Shown piece by piece: positions 12,471-24,810 of a DNA stretch of 46,661 nucleotides. Under the pieces are notes generated by a model. The model saw nothing but the letters and a program-made list of their open reading frames with translations, was not told the origin of the DNA and did not search any database. A program made the translations under genes and the position numbers. This DNA comes from Asterionella formosa (Eukaryota): the NCBI GenBank assembly GCA_002256025.1, contig NKIB01014155.1, positions 1 to 46,661 on the forward strand, written 5' to 3'. The number at the start of each line of letters is the position of its first letter. The stretch's first letter is position 1.

Positions 12471-12767
12471 AGACAAATTTTAGGAAAGACAAAATCAAAC
12501 AAACAAGAGAAAAAATCCAGGTTTTCAACCCAACTGCAAGACAAGTGTTTTTTATTTATTGACCTTGGCTATGAACACTGATGGCAACCCCTTTCTTTTA
12601 CAAGACTCCTACATGAGGGAGTGACCACACCAAAACTCTCCACTGCCCCACCACGACATTACGGGCCATGGAGTGCAATCATGAATACAATCCTGTAGTA
12701 CTGATGTGGTGTAAAAAATATATTTGTTTAAAATGTATCACTCCACTAGACTAGACCTGTGGCTAGG

Positions 12768-13808
12768 ATGACGATGAATACGAAAGCGACGGCATCACTT
12801 CTTCTCTGGTTGACACGGTCGTCAGCATGCCAAGGATTTCCGATGCACATGATCGGGCGAAAAAGTCAAAAATGTGTCTCTCATCGATTATATTCAACTG
12901 CATCTACTCTGTCCGATGGAAGATCTCTCCATGACATTGTTTTAACTGCTGAACGCGCTGCTCGTCATGCGGGAACCATCATTCGAGCTACTGCAGGGAA
13001 TATTGACGTATCCAGCACAAAGGCTAACCATAAAGATCTAGTCACGGCCAGCGATGTTCAATGCCAAAATGATATTGAAGATATCATTCGCGGGGCCTAT
13101 CTGAATGATGTGTTTCTGGGAGAGGAACAAGTAGACTGCGGAAGTAGCGCGAGCGTCACTGCTCTCCAAAGTGCATTGAGGCAACAGCAAACATCATTGC
13201 TCTGGATTGTTGACCCCATTGACGGCACCACCAATTTCCAAGCTGGCCTACCCCTTTGCTGTGTGAGTATTGGTGTTGTTGGTAGAAACGGCATCAGCGG
13301 AACTGGGGAATCGGAAATTCTAGCTGGTGTCATTTACAATCCAATTCTTGATGAAATGGTGACTGCGGTTAAGGGAGGAGGAGTATTTGTGAATGGAAAA
13401 CATATCGCAGCGTCAAAATCGCATGAAGCTGTTTCGCTGTCATCATCACTCATAAACGTGGGCTTTCCGGTTGTCAAAGAATCAAGTCTTATGGCATCCT
13501 CCAAAGCTGTGGCTGCTCTGTCAACCAAGTGCCGGGGGCTTCGTATGATAGCATGTGCTTCTCAGCTCATGTCCTGGGTCGCCCAGGACAAGTTTCAATC
13601 ATATATCAGCTGGGATTTGAATGCATGGGACGCAGCCGCAGGTGTGCTTATTGTACAAGAAGCAGGTGGAAGTATTTTGGATTTTGATAGTGGGCTACCA
13701 GCTACCGTAGCAAGTCGCGATTTAATAGTGACGAGTCCATCGGGACGAGCGGAACTTGGTCAAGAAATCTTGACTATATTACGAGACAATGATTGTTTGC
13801 GTTATTAA
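12768..13808 (+). CDS. Inositol monophosphatase family protein (IMPase/IMPL1-like), predicted plastid-targeted
   Basis: Motifs DLVTASD, FLGEE, WIVDPIDGTTNF, YNPILDEM and WDAAAGVLIVQEAGG. Signal peptide ends ACQG|F and is followed by a basic Ser-rich transit peptide. First ATG at 12768, alternative 12774. Confidence 0.93.
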   Translation: MTMNTKATASLLLWLTRSSACQGFPMHMIGRKSQKCVSHRLYSTASTLSDGRSLHDIVLTAERAARHAGTIIRATAGNIDVSSTKANHKDLVTASDVQCQNDIEDIIRGAYLNDVFLGEEQVDCGSSASVTALQSALRQQQTSLLWIVDPIDGTTNFQAGLPLCCVSIGVVGRNGISGTGESEILAGVIYNPILDEMVTAVKGGGVFVNGKHIAASKSHEAVSLSSSLINVGFPVVKESSLMASSKAVAALSTKCRGLRMIACASQLMSWVAQDKFQSYISWDLNAWDAAAGVLIVQEAGGSILDFDSGLPATVASRDLIVTSPSGRAELGQEILTILRDNDCLRY

Positions 13809-14109
13809 ACTCAATGTGTTCTAGTTTATCTGCTTCACTTCACCAATTCACTAATAGTAGTGGAAAGTGGAAAAGCTAACAAACTGCATGCGTTTGTCAG
13901 GACTTCATTTAGTAGCATGCTAGGGTGCGCTGACTACCGGTATTCATGTTCATCTTTCTTTTATTGAGCGTGATATTGTTTAAAAATTGCGTGCTTGTGA
14001 AAATGCCCTCGTTTGTGACATTTGACGTGTTCCTTACATTTTTGGTAGCGTTGCATTCTTGTAGTAAAGATGAAATCACTCGTTTTCCATGCCATTCACT
14101 GACAGTAGT

Positions 14110-14976
14110 TTAGTCCAAGTAGAGCACCGTGACCAACATATCCAACTTTTTCGCTTCCTTCGTTGCTTCAATCACAGTAGTTGACTCATGAAAGGCAAAG
14201 CTAATTAGCTGATCTGTTTGACTCAACAAATATGAATTGCAAATGCGACTGGCAACATCGAGACTCATGTTGTCGTTTTGAGGCATACTAATAACGTCAC
14301 CTACTGATTTCAGGAGTTCCTGCGACTCCGGCGCTTGCTTTTCCATGGACTGCGGCAAAACTACTGTCAACAATTCGGGGTTGTTGGCACGGAGGGCGCC
14401 GCGAATAGCAGCTCCGTGAGTTCCACCTGCGCCAGATGTGTACACATGGTTGCCAGACAAGACGAGAGCGTACGCGCTGAGGTATAGAAAAGTTAATCTG
14501 TCAGCGATTCACAAGTGCAACAGCACGCAAACGTTTCTGACATTAGCAGCACATTACACTCACAGAAGTTCAATAATTTGCTGATGCAAAAAGGAGCAAT
14601 GTCTTGTTCCCAAAATGCAGTACTTTTGCGGTCCCTGCTGTTGGATAGCAGCCAGTTCCTTGAGAATGGAAGTGACCGATCTCTCCTCCTTTTTCGAGAG
14701 CCGTTGCGGGTCTCCCACGATGACTTCCTTTCTGGATCCAGGTAGCCTCTCACTTGGATCGTATTCTCCCACCTCCGAGAACGCCGATGGCATTTCTCTA
14801 CTCTGATCGCTTTTGTTGCCCATGGGGTCTTCATCCGACATCTGCAACTGAGCTGAACATCGAGTTCCTACTCGGTTCCACACCTTTGGATATCCTTGAG
14901 GAAGGAAGCTGTAGCAGGCATTGAAACATCCGAGTATCAACAGGAACAGAAAATTTTTATTGAACCCTGCAAGCAT
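14110..14976 (-). CDS. Plastid-targeted cyanobacterial-type DprA/Smf (SLOG Rossmann-fold) protein, 2 exons (14976-14564, 14476-14110)
   Basis: A GTGAGT...TCAG intron gives ELAAIQQQGPQKYCILGTRHCSFLHQQIIELLAYALVLSGNHVYTSGAGGTHGAAIRGA...LTVVLPQS...CNSYLLSQTDQLISFAFHES...VTVLYLD. This resembles the conserved cyanobacterial family annotated 'DNA recombination-mediator protein A'. Presequence ACYS|FL. Confidence 0.82.
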
Positions 14977-15529
14977 GTCAAAGAGAGGAGCCAAGGAGAA
15001 AGAGACGAAGGTAGGAGATCGGTTTTTTGACTAGTAGAAACGGCGACAAACTAAATATAAGAGCCAGGTCATTCCTCTCAATGAACCTCAGGCGTAATTT
15101 GGTACTGTAATCACTGGCGAGACTATACATATAAAAGCACACATTTCGTAAAACGGAATATTCAGTCCAAAGTCCATAGTCTAAAGTCAATGTACGAGTA
15201 TGATCATTTCTATACAGGATTCTTACTACACAATACCGGTACTATGAGGTGTACATGCCGGTATTTTACATATCTTAGAGTTACAGTCCTTATTATGCAT
15301 TGCGCTCCATGCTGTGATGCGCTTGAATCAATTGAATGGGTTCGCTGTTCTCTGCTTGTTTGTAGTGTGCCTGGAGAATGCGTGTTTGCAGTGTTCTTGA
15401 CAGTTATCTTAAAGACAAATTGAACTACTAATATTTAGTGGTGTGTCAGTCACAACATGAAAAATTCCATTGACACAGATCAGCCTGGACTGGAAGGACT
15501 CAATACTGGCTGCTTCAACAATGAAATGA

Positions 15530-15990
15530 TGTAAACATTGATTGACGCATCAAAGCACACCCATGGGGCATACACAACATGTCCAAGTCATCATTTTCAA
15601 GTCTGCACATGCAGTTTGGAGGTGGGAAATGTCAGCATTCACAACCTCTGTCCAGAATTTTTGTGTGCCTTTGGGCAGCCCAAAAGCTCTGTGCTCAGCA
15701 TTTTTGGTCAATTTGCCTTGACAACCTTCTTGGCGATTCTTCATATTCTTCATCTTCTTTTAATAAGGGTTATATACAAATGCCTCCGCAATGAGCTTCC
15801 CAAAGAAACCGAGCATGCCATCAACCTCCCTTACAAAAAAGCTTATATACAAGCACGGCATCTTCTGCTGTCCCTGAAAGGAGCAATGCTACTAACGCTC
15901 TATGTAGCCACCATTTCGTCGCCCATATCACCTCCAAACTGATTTGGGAAGGTCCCTTTCCGTCATGGAAATTCAACAGCAAAACGAAAT
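15530..15990 (-). mobile_element. Degenerate piggyBac-like transposase C-terminal relic
   Basis: HDGKGPSQISLEVIWATKWWLHRALVALLLSGTAEDAVLVYKLF resembles the region after the third catalytic Asp (..SLE..W.TK.W..R.F..LL.....N). A Cys-rich tail (..TCCVCPMG) follows. Multiple stops and frameshifts. Confidence 0.5.
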
Positions 15991-18769
15991 TTGTAGTGGC
16001 TGTAGAAAACCAATGTACATGTAATCTGTTTTTGGCATTCATGATCAGCACACACCTTCCCCTCCACCATGTTTATTGCATCATTTTTTCAATCAATATG
16101 AGTAGCTCACCATGGGTTACAGGTTTGTCCTCTTCCTTTTGATTAATGATAAACAAATTAGAATCGCTCCAGAACTCCAAAAGAAAGAATAAATCAAATA
16201 ATTGGAAGGCAGTGGACTTCAAATGAAATGGAAAAGATGAAAATATTGGATTGCTCTTTGATGCATTCAATTTTATCCTGTAGCGAATTCCTGACTTCCC
16301 CCACTCATTATCAAACAAATTTTTGCAACTTCATTTGTGAGCTGGAATGGCAACATCATCAGAGTCATGAACTGTGCCAGTACACTTGACAAGTTCGAGT
16401 AGCTCGTCTGAAGGCATCACTTAAACTCCTGCTGCCTCCTCAAGTATATAATCCCCTTCATCATAGTCAAAGCAAGGTGTCTGTATCACCATCAGAAATG
16501 ATCTATAAGTGATTTCAAGAGCATACAGCTCAGTTGTATCAGCATCATTTACAGTCTCAGGAGATGTGACGACAATGGCCATCACATCCTGTACTCTGAT
16601 TTTCTTGGGCCCCTTCAGAAGAACTGTCTTTTTTCATGTCGATGAAACCTTTGTGATATTCACATCATGATTTCGGACCCACAATGGTGGGTTAATGTAC
16701 TTGGAAAGGCATGAAACAATGGCTCCTTTACTTATTGTCAATTTTATTTTCATGCCATCCCACAAAGATATTTTTTAGATTATTTCGGCAGGCAGGCTTC
16801 TCATGTACAGTAAAACCTGGTGTCTCATATCCCCATATACCTGTACCGCCCCCTTTTTTACATCTGCCACAACACTCCCAAATGTTTTATGTCTACAGAA
16901 AAAACAGCATATTATTGTATCCTAGCTATTTGTTAATGTATTTATACTATAATTGTATCATGAAACAACTATCAGCAACAAGGCACATCTTTGGCCTGAG
17001 ATCTATTTCAACAGTCGAAGCTGCAAGTGACAAGCTGGCTGTGGCGCGATCATCAAGCTGAATGCTACAGGCTCACGCAGTGCTGGCCTCGATGTTGTTA
17101 GCTTGCCGGAAGCATTCATAGAATCATTTCATCTGCTGCCTGATGATGCAGAAATATTTCATGCATGGCATGATAACTCTGGTCCAATAATCATAGAAGC
17201 TATGCGGTTCTTGGTGGCTTACATTAATATCCATCACGATCCAACTAGTAGAACCTACACAAATCAATATCATTGTAGGATTAGGTACAAATGTGTACAC
17301 ACTCAAAGAATTACTACTACTACTACAGATGCTATCGCAAAACTCGGGCGCACCAGTGCACCAAAAATAGAAATTCTATTGATCATAGAAACCATTTGAA
17401 CTTATGACAATATATCTTTTAATGATACTATTTATGTTTTAGACTCTGGAGAAAATGGTGGTGAAGTTGGTTTTTTCATAATGTTGGTTGATCAAAAAAG
17501 GGCCAATGTCTTGTACAGTACTCCCCTCCAAAGTAAAATCAGTCGTGCCTGCAGTGTACATTGAGGGGTACAAGCAAGGCACCAGGTTTTAAACCTACAA
17601 GCATATTGCCATGCATATCTCCAGAAACCTTCATTTCTTTACATTTAGATTAACTTTTCAGAAATGAAATATCCAGTGAATTGAGCTACCGGTAGGGGCA
17701 AGGGATTGAAAACACAGACTGAATCCAGTCTATAAGACTGAATTCAGCCTAGCCAGAAAGAATCCGATATACCAGTACCTGGTACCAGGTAGTACCATTC
17801 ATTATTTTGGTTGTTTTCATCGCTTCGGCCGGAAAAAGAGAACAATTTTGAGTTGAGAATAAAAAAAGCAAAGTACCGGTATTATGGGAGACTGGTTGCG
17901 GTAATAAGACAGCACCAAAGAAACACTAGAATTGTCGGACTCCTCGAGGGAGTGTATCCACCCTTTTCCCGCGTTCAAGCGCCTTAAAGTCACCACGGCT
18001 GTTGGGCTGATATCGGGATGGTTACCCGGTACGGTAGTTTTCCAGAAAACCAAGGCTGGTAAAAAAATGCCAGGAAGCGCTATGGGAGCTCCCGTACTAG
18101 CACTAGAGCAGTTTTAAAACGCTTAACAAATGACGTTCGTTTATACCGGTACTGCTATTGCGGAATTTTTCATAAAATGGACAAGATGACGCAGGGCAGG
18201 CCAAAAAAACGAAATATAGAACGTCATCACTTCTCTCTTTGAATCGACAGTATCCGTCTTGTTAGTGACGTAGGTTTTTTGCTAATTATTTCGTTTAAAC
18301 ACAGAAAGCGACCTGAAAAGGAGGGCAAATGTATATGGCTGAAAAACGAAAATGACAATGACCGGGGCGATAGAGGGGCGATGCGAAGCGAAAATACCGT
18401 AAACAAAGTACAAAGCAAAAGTAAGCAAGTCTTGCTTACCATTGGAGGTCGACCCACTATGACTCCTGTGACATGACCATACGACATATTTAGCTGCCTT
18501 TTACCCGGTCGTACACGTTGTGTCTGTCGTTCAGTGTGGGTGCACATATATCTTACGCACCAGGTACCGGTACATTTGGCATACATACCGCTACTCCTGG
18601 CATATCATCATGATTTTAGTGTGTTTTTTACCGGTTAATTAAGTTGTACTGCCATTGAACAACTCGATGAAAGACTCTCATTGCAGTAGTATTGATAATC
18701 TAATCTCAACCATTGTTCGTTTCACGATCATTAGACATCAGTGAACATTCTCACAAGTAGTAATAAGTT

Positions 18770-21700
18770 ATGTCTTCTAGCAACGGTCGGAACGACAACA
18801 ACAACGCCTCGCCTAAACTCTTCGATGATGTCTCTGGATTTCTGCACAGAACCGAGAGACGGTCAAGTTTAGGAATGAACAACGCGGGGAAGCGCTTAAG
18901 GTCACTCGACGAAGAACCGGATACACAAGATGCGGAGCAATTTAAGCTGACACAAGACGATAAGGCCTTGCTGTTTCTGAAAAGTACGGTCATTTTCATG
19001 CTCATTGTCGCTGGAGCCATCATGGCAAGGGCAAGTCATTTGCTGGGGACGAAAGCGGAACTAGAAGTCTTCCAGAGGAGCTTTGATCAACATTCAAGAG
19101 CACTTTTGGATTTATTTCAAAGTCAAGTGGAGAAGCAAAAGCGAGTGGCTTCCATGCTCGCTGCCAGTATCACGTCTTTTGGACTAAGTACAAACGCTAC
19201 TTGGCCGTTGATATCAGTCCCCGATTTCGTTATGCGAACTACTGATGCCATGGCGCTGACAGGATCATCGGCGATCTGCTTGTCACCACTCGTTACCAAT
19301 GATACCAGGTCAGCTTGGGAATCATTTGCAGGAGGTAATAGAATTCGACAAGCTAACAGGCCCGATGAGTCAGAGCACGAAGGGGACATATTCTTTCCAA
19401 TTTCCCACGTGGCTCCTGCCTCGCGGAAAGACGATCTTTTCATTGACCAATTTTCTAATGATTTGTATGCCAGAGCCCTATCGAACATGATGAATGAAAA
19501 GTCTCCAACAATTGCCGCAATCATTTCTGACAACGAGACTGACTATTCTTGCCCAGCACTCTCTGGCATTATGCTGTTTGTTCCCATCTTTGACTCTTTT
19601 GGAACGGACAGACAAGTTGTGGGATCTCTTTTATTCAAGAACGACTGGAGGGAATTTGTTTCTGGGCTTAGGCAAGTGGCTCCCTTGGCGGTGCTTGTGG
19701 AGAATTCGTGCGGCCTTCAATTGACCTTAAAGGTTGCTGGTGAACGCGTGGACTTTATGGGACAAGGACCCCTACATGACACCTCCTTTGCAAAAATGGA
19801 AATAATTTCTGATTACTTGGATCTATACTTGCCATGGCACGAACCAGATGCCTCAGACACTCCCACGCGAGCTCATATCACTGACAGCGGGATTGAAACT
19901 TGTGAAGCTTCTTCAGCGTCCTGCCAATATCGTATTCGTATCTATCCTACTCAAGATCTATTCAATGAAAGCCATAAGCAATTGAACGCAGTCAATTATT
20001 TTTCAGTCGCGATGCAATTCTTTTTCTTTGCTGGTGTTGTTTTTATTGGCTACGATTTCATGATTCGCAAACGTCAAGATGCTATCATGGAACAAGCGGC
20101 AAAGTCCTACGCGCTTGTCGATTCCCTATTTCCGGCACAAGTAAGAAATCAAGTCATGGAGTCGACTCGCCGTGAGGGAAGTACCCGAAGGCTTTCAGCT
20201 GATAGCTCGGTTGGGTTTGACGAAGGTAGTGACCACGTTGACTACTCAACGATTGATGGACCTCCCATCGCCTCCCACTTTTCGTCGACGACCATTATGT
20301 TTGCTGATATTGCCGGCTTTACTGAGTGGAGTTCAACGCGAGAGCCCAATCAAGTATTTACCCTACTAGAAACGCTGTATGGTGCTTTTGATTTTAAAGC
20401 CAAGAGGCTTGGAGTCTTCAAGGTAGAGACAATAGGTGATTGTTACGTGGCAGTGGCTGGTCTTCCAAAGCCTAGAGACGATCACGCTGTTGTTATGGCT
20501 CGTTTTGCGTTTGAATGCCTTTCGTCACTTGACACACTTCTAAACGAATTGGAAGTCTCATTGGGTCCAGGAACCGCAAGGCTAGGCCTCCGTGTGGGAT
20601 TGCACAGTGGCCCCGTCACAGCAGGTGTACTGCGAGGAGATAAGTCTCGGTTCCAGCTCTTTGGGGATTCAATGAACACAACCTCTCGCATTGAAACTAC
20701 GGGCGAAAGGGGTTTGATACATGCTTCTGAGTCTACTGCCTCCTTCATCATTGCTGCCGGGAAGCACCACTGGCTCACGGCTAGAGTTGATCCAGTATCA
20801 GCAAAAGGAAAGGGCCTGATGAAAACGTACTGGTTAAGACCCCGATCCAGAAAGCGGATCAGAGCTGAACAGGAATCCAGTAGGACAATGTCGCCTGAAA
20901 CTGGCACACTCGCCTTTGTTTCGGAGACGAAAATTGTTTGCCCTCAGGAGGAATCTGAGGATGTACCAAAGGGGCAAAAGCCAGTGGAAGCAATATTACA
21001 AAGGGCATTATCGACTGGTGCGATTTCTACTCCGTCAATATCTCAAGTCCTAGAAATAGAGGGTAGCTGGGGCTTCATTGGTAACGATTCCATTGGTGAA
21101 GCGAGCAAAAGAGACGAACCTCTTGTGAAATCTAACACTAAGCTTCTTCACGATTTACTGGAACGAGTCCTTGCTTACAGAATCCAGTGTGGGACCCCAA
21201 TTGATGTCGGTATTGCGGACTGTACTCAGTACAAGGGATCGCATGTTATTGAGGAAGTCACAGAAGCGCTCCCCCTTGCGCCGTTTGAATCTACCAAAGC
21301 TTATACCGGCAAAGTTGATGCATTGCTCAGCAACACAGTCAAGGACCAGTTACAAGAGTACGTGGTAAATATCTCGTTCTTGTATCACAACAATCCATTC
21401 CATAACTTTGAGCACGCAAGTCATGTGGCACAGTCTGCAAACAAGCTAATGCAACAAATCGTCACTGCAAACTATGGCCTAGTATCTGATGAGGGACAGC
21501 ACACATACTCGCTTGGATTGAGCTCGGACCCATTGGCTCAGTTTGCCGTTGTTTTCGCAGCTTTAATTCATGACTGTGATCATTCTGGAGTTCCAAACGC
21601 TACCCTTGTCGACGAGCAAGCTGACGTGGCGATAAAGTACGCAAATCGTAGCCCTGCCGAGCAGAATTCCGTCGAATTGGCATGGGAATTGTTGATGGAG

Positions 21701-22243
21701 TCTCAATACAATGAACTTCGAAAATGCATTTTCCCAGATGTTAGCGAGATGCATCGATTTCGGCAACTGGTTGTCAACTGCGTCATTGCAACTGATATCG
21801 CAGATGCTGACTTACGCAACGAAAGAAAGAAGAGATGGTGTGATGTGTTCTCGGTTGAGCATGCTTCCCTTTTGGAGGGAGAGGGCATGCGGCGCAAGGC
21901 AACCATAGTCATTGACCACATCATTCAAGCATCTGATATCGCTCATACCATGCAACACTGGAGTGTTTATATAAAGTGGAATGAAAAATTGTTTCTTGAG
22001 CTCTACAAATCCTACAAAGAAGGTCGTTCAGGTGTAGATCCTGCAGGGAACTGGTTCAATGGTGAAATCGGCTTTTTTGACTTCTACATTATTCCATTGG
22101 CGAAGAAATTAAAAGAGTGTGGTGTCTTTGGTATGACTAGTGACGAGTTCTTGAAGTATGCCGTTGAGAACCGAAAAAGGTGGGAGGACGAAGGACATGA
22201 AGTATTGGATGGTTTTTTGAAGCGGGCTAATGCACAATTGTAA
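18770..22243 (+). CDS. Receptor-type class III nucleotide (guanylate-like) cyclase fused to a class I cyclic-nucleotide phosphodiesterase; TM - CHASE-like sensor - TM - cyclase - PDE
   Basis: Two hydrophobic segments flank a ~310-aa domain. Cyclase motifs IMFADIAGFT, KVETIGDCY, GLHSGPVTAGV, RFQLFGDSMNTTSRIE and KGKG. PDE motifs YHNNPFHNFEHASHV, IHDCDHSGVPN, IATDI and QASDIAH. Single exon, 1157 aa. Confidence 0.95.
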   Translation: MSSSNGRNDNNNASPKLFDDVSGFLHRTERRSSLGMNNAGKRLRSLDEEPDTQDAEQFKLTQDDKALLFLKSTVIFMLIVAGAIMARASHLLGTKAELEVFQRSFDQHSRALLDLFQSQVEKQKRVASMLAASITSFGLSTNATWPLISVPDFVMRTTDAMALTGSSAICLSPLVTNDTRSAWESFAGGNRIRQANRPDESEHEGDIFFPISHVAPASRKDDLFIDQFSNDLYARALSNMMNEKSPTIAAIISDNETDYSCPALSGIMLFVPIFDSFGTDRQVVGSLLFKNDWREFVSGLRQVAPLAVLVENSCGLQLTLKVAGERVDFMGQGPLHDTSFAKMEIISDYLDLYLPWHEPDASDTPTRAHITDSGIETCEASSASCQYRIRIYPTQDLFNESHKQLNAVNYFSVAMQFFFFAGVVFIGYDFMIRKRQDAIMEQAAKSYALVDSLFPAQVRNQVMESTRREGSTRRLSADSSVGFDEGSDHVDYSTIDGPPIASHFSSTTIMFADIAGFTEWSSTREPNQVFTLLETLYGAFDFKAKRLGVFKVETIGDCYVAVAGLPKPRDDHAVVMARFAFECLSSLDTLLNELEVSLGPGTARLGLRVGLHSGPVTAGVLRGDKSRFQLFGDSMNTTSRIETTGERGLIHASESTASFIIAAGKHHWLTARVDPVSAKGKGLMKTYWLRPRSRKRIRAEQESSRTMSPETGTLAFVSETKIVCPQEESEDVPKGQKPVEAILQRALSTGAISTPSISQVLEIEGSWGFIGNDSIGEASKRDEPLVKSNTKLLHDLLERVLAYRIQCGTPIDVGIADCTQYKGSHVIEEVTEALPLAPFESTKAYTGKVDALLSNTVKDQLQEYVVNISFLYHNNPFHNFEHASHVAQSANKLMQQIVTANYGLVSDEGQHTYSLGLSSDPLAQFAVVFAALIHDCDHSGVPNATLVDEQADVAIKYANRSPAEQNSVELAWELLMESQYNELRKCIFPDVSEMHRFRQLVVNCVIATDIADADLRNERKKRWCDVFSVEHASLLEGEGMRRKATIVIDHIIQASDIAHTMQHWSVYIKWNEKLFLELYKSYKEGRSGVDPAGNWFNGEIGFFDFYIIPLAKKLKECGVFGMTSDEFLKYAVENRKRWEDEGHEVLDGFLKRANAQL

Positions 22244-23129
22244 TCTTTCATGATGTATATAGTTTTAAAAAACCCGATCCAATTATAAAAGACTTTGAGC
22301 CCCCCACCCCCGTTGAAAGCGCTGTCTCTATTTCAAAACCTCTGTGCTAATCAAGCAACAGATCTGGTGTGAAACAGGGACGGGGTGATTGAATATATAC
22401 TTGTAAACTGGAGAATTAAAATAGAATGAGCCTTTTTATGCTCATTAAACTATAGTCGTAAAATTGATGACACCAGTCTTGTTTTTTTCTGGGAGCAACG
22501 TGTGACCCATTTGTCATCATGCCCTAACAATTTAGTCTCGCCATCTAGTAGTTTTGTCCTGCCATCTGCTAGTTCCAACACACTCTTGCAATCCTCCATA
22601 GCGTACATGCAGTCAATGGATGGATTGATATTCATAATAGTCGCGCATTCTTCTGAAACTGGACCCATGTAGTGGCTGCTTTCGCAAAGTAATCAGCTAT
22701 CATTTCTGAAGTATAGGCATCCTTGGTGATGTGACAATTAGGCAGTAAATTATTTTCAACAATCTTAATATATGCTTGAGTGCTTGGTTTTCCAATGATT
22801 TTCTGTATTTTATTAGCTAATAAGGCTTTGGAATACTTGTCCCGCTGTGAGTATCTAACACATTATCATCTAATACTGTATTCACCAATGTGGCACCAAT
22901 TTCATTATCATTCCCATGATCATTTGTATCCATGGAGTACAGTCCTTAACCTGATTCCTTGAACACTTGCACAGTTCCGTCTGATTGTTCATGTCAAAGG
23001 TATTTCCTTCCAAACTATTGTAAGTAACTTGATACCTTCATTCCTTCACATGGGCCAAGGATAGAATATTGGTAATTGCATTTGCGGCTTTTTCACAAAA
23101 AGATCGATTACATTTAAACTAATTAAAAA

Positions 23130-24060
23130 TTACAACTTGTGCCCATAGGTCACGAGGGTGCTTCTATCGACTCCTTTACAAACCCTTGTTCTTCCATGTC
23201 CTCGTTGCCACAATGGAGTGAGGAGCAGCCAATCTCCATTACCTATTTCTTCCATCTGAGTCTGATACCAGGCGCTGAAACCTAGGTCAACTGTTTCCAC
23301 CCACAGTATCTTCTGAATCAGGTTATATCTTCGAATCCGCACATCTACCAGGAGTAAAAATAGGTTCCTATCATCTGTCCTGATTTGGTATGTCATATTT
23401 ATATTGCTGGGGTCATCCATGTCTCTCAGTTGTTTTGTGTGTTGCTCCTCTGCTGATTTGACAAATAATTCGCTATTTCGGAGAAACCAACTCTCGGTCC
23501 CCATATGCCACAACCTTGTAATTAATCTTTCACACCACCCATGATCTACTTGGGCTATATCGGTATGATTTCTTTCTTGGCAATATGCTAGTATACATGC
23601 CAACCTCCAATTTTTACCAAATCCCCCACAAAAGGTGGCCTGATCCCATCCAATGTCCATTTGATGCATGTATGCTTCGAAAGTTAGGTATCCCACCTCA
23701 TCCGTAGCTGGTGGAATCAGTCCTACCCACTGCTCTCGTCCCTGTGTTCGCCATTGCTGCATGCCCTGTTGGAATTTTGCTTTGAGACATAAATTGGCAG
23801 GAACCCGGGCTATTAAGAGCGCCTTCAACAACTTCCCTCCAAAGTTTATTCCTAGAAGTAACCGCGGACTGGCATCTGAAGACATGTTTAATATCTTCAT
23901 TCAATCGTTTGCACCTATAGCAACGATTGTCAACGCCATTGTTGTACATACTGCGTCTTCGAAAGTACCTAAAAAATCAATTTCCATGTTTGAATACTGT
24001 CATCTGGGTTTGATAACTTCAACCTCTTTCTTGTTTTAGCTCGCGCCTCCCAATTAACCA
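23130..24060 (-). mobile_element. Non-LTR retrotransposon (LINE) ORF2 3' fragment, frameshifted
   Basis: CCHC knuckle CYRCKRLNEDIKHVFRC in one frame. It continues in another frame as QMDIGWDQ..GGFGKNW..WCERLITRLWHMGTESWFLRN, typical of LINE ORF2 C-termini. Confidence 0.7.
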
Positions 24061-24810
24061 TATCATAGATCTTCCGCGTGTCCAAACCTGCTGTGGCAAT
24101 TATATAAACCCCCTTTCTTTGCGGTACACTGTATTGCTAATAGTGAGAGGCAGATGTGTGGTGACAAAAATATTTCCCAGTTGCAATCATGTTGCCGACG
24201 AATATCCTGGTGGAAGTTGTTATCGTTGATTGCCTGTCTTGGCACAATGGCCACAGCACCAAATCTGGACAGCCTGATAATCACAATCGCAGTTAAATTT
24301 TGCAGTCCAAGGACGTTTGTTGTAAGCGCATTTGCGGTCCTGATGAGATTTCCATCCAAGACGCCGTTTACAGCACTTTTTCGAATTTATGCTACTTTTC
24401 TAAAAAGTTATGTTACTTTTTCCGTAATTTATTCGGGTTAAACAAAAATTTATCTCACTTATCGAATAATTATGTGATCACACCAATAATTATGTGTGTT
24501 CATGACAATATATGTTGACCAACTAGCAATTGCGATAGAAAAAAATTGAAATTATGCTGCTCCAAGGCAATATTATGCTGCTTTAACCATATAATGAAAG
24601 AAAGAGGCGCCAATTCCTATATTTCTTTGATCTTAACTGGCAAAGAAGAACACATGCAAGAGGAAGATTCACACAGTAGGAGAATTTAGCACATGTAGTA
24701 GTAGACACATTATAGCACATTGTTTAGTTATTGTTGATTGTAGAGTTTACAATAGCCAGCCAGATTAGAAATAAAACATCGTTGGTCCTCATTGAGCACC
24801 GTTGAGCCTT

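Noticed and set aside
16073..16700. Interrupted minus-strand coding-like stretch
   Set aside because: Stops and frameshifts with no recognisable motif. A link to the adjacent piggyBac-like relic is unproven.
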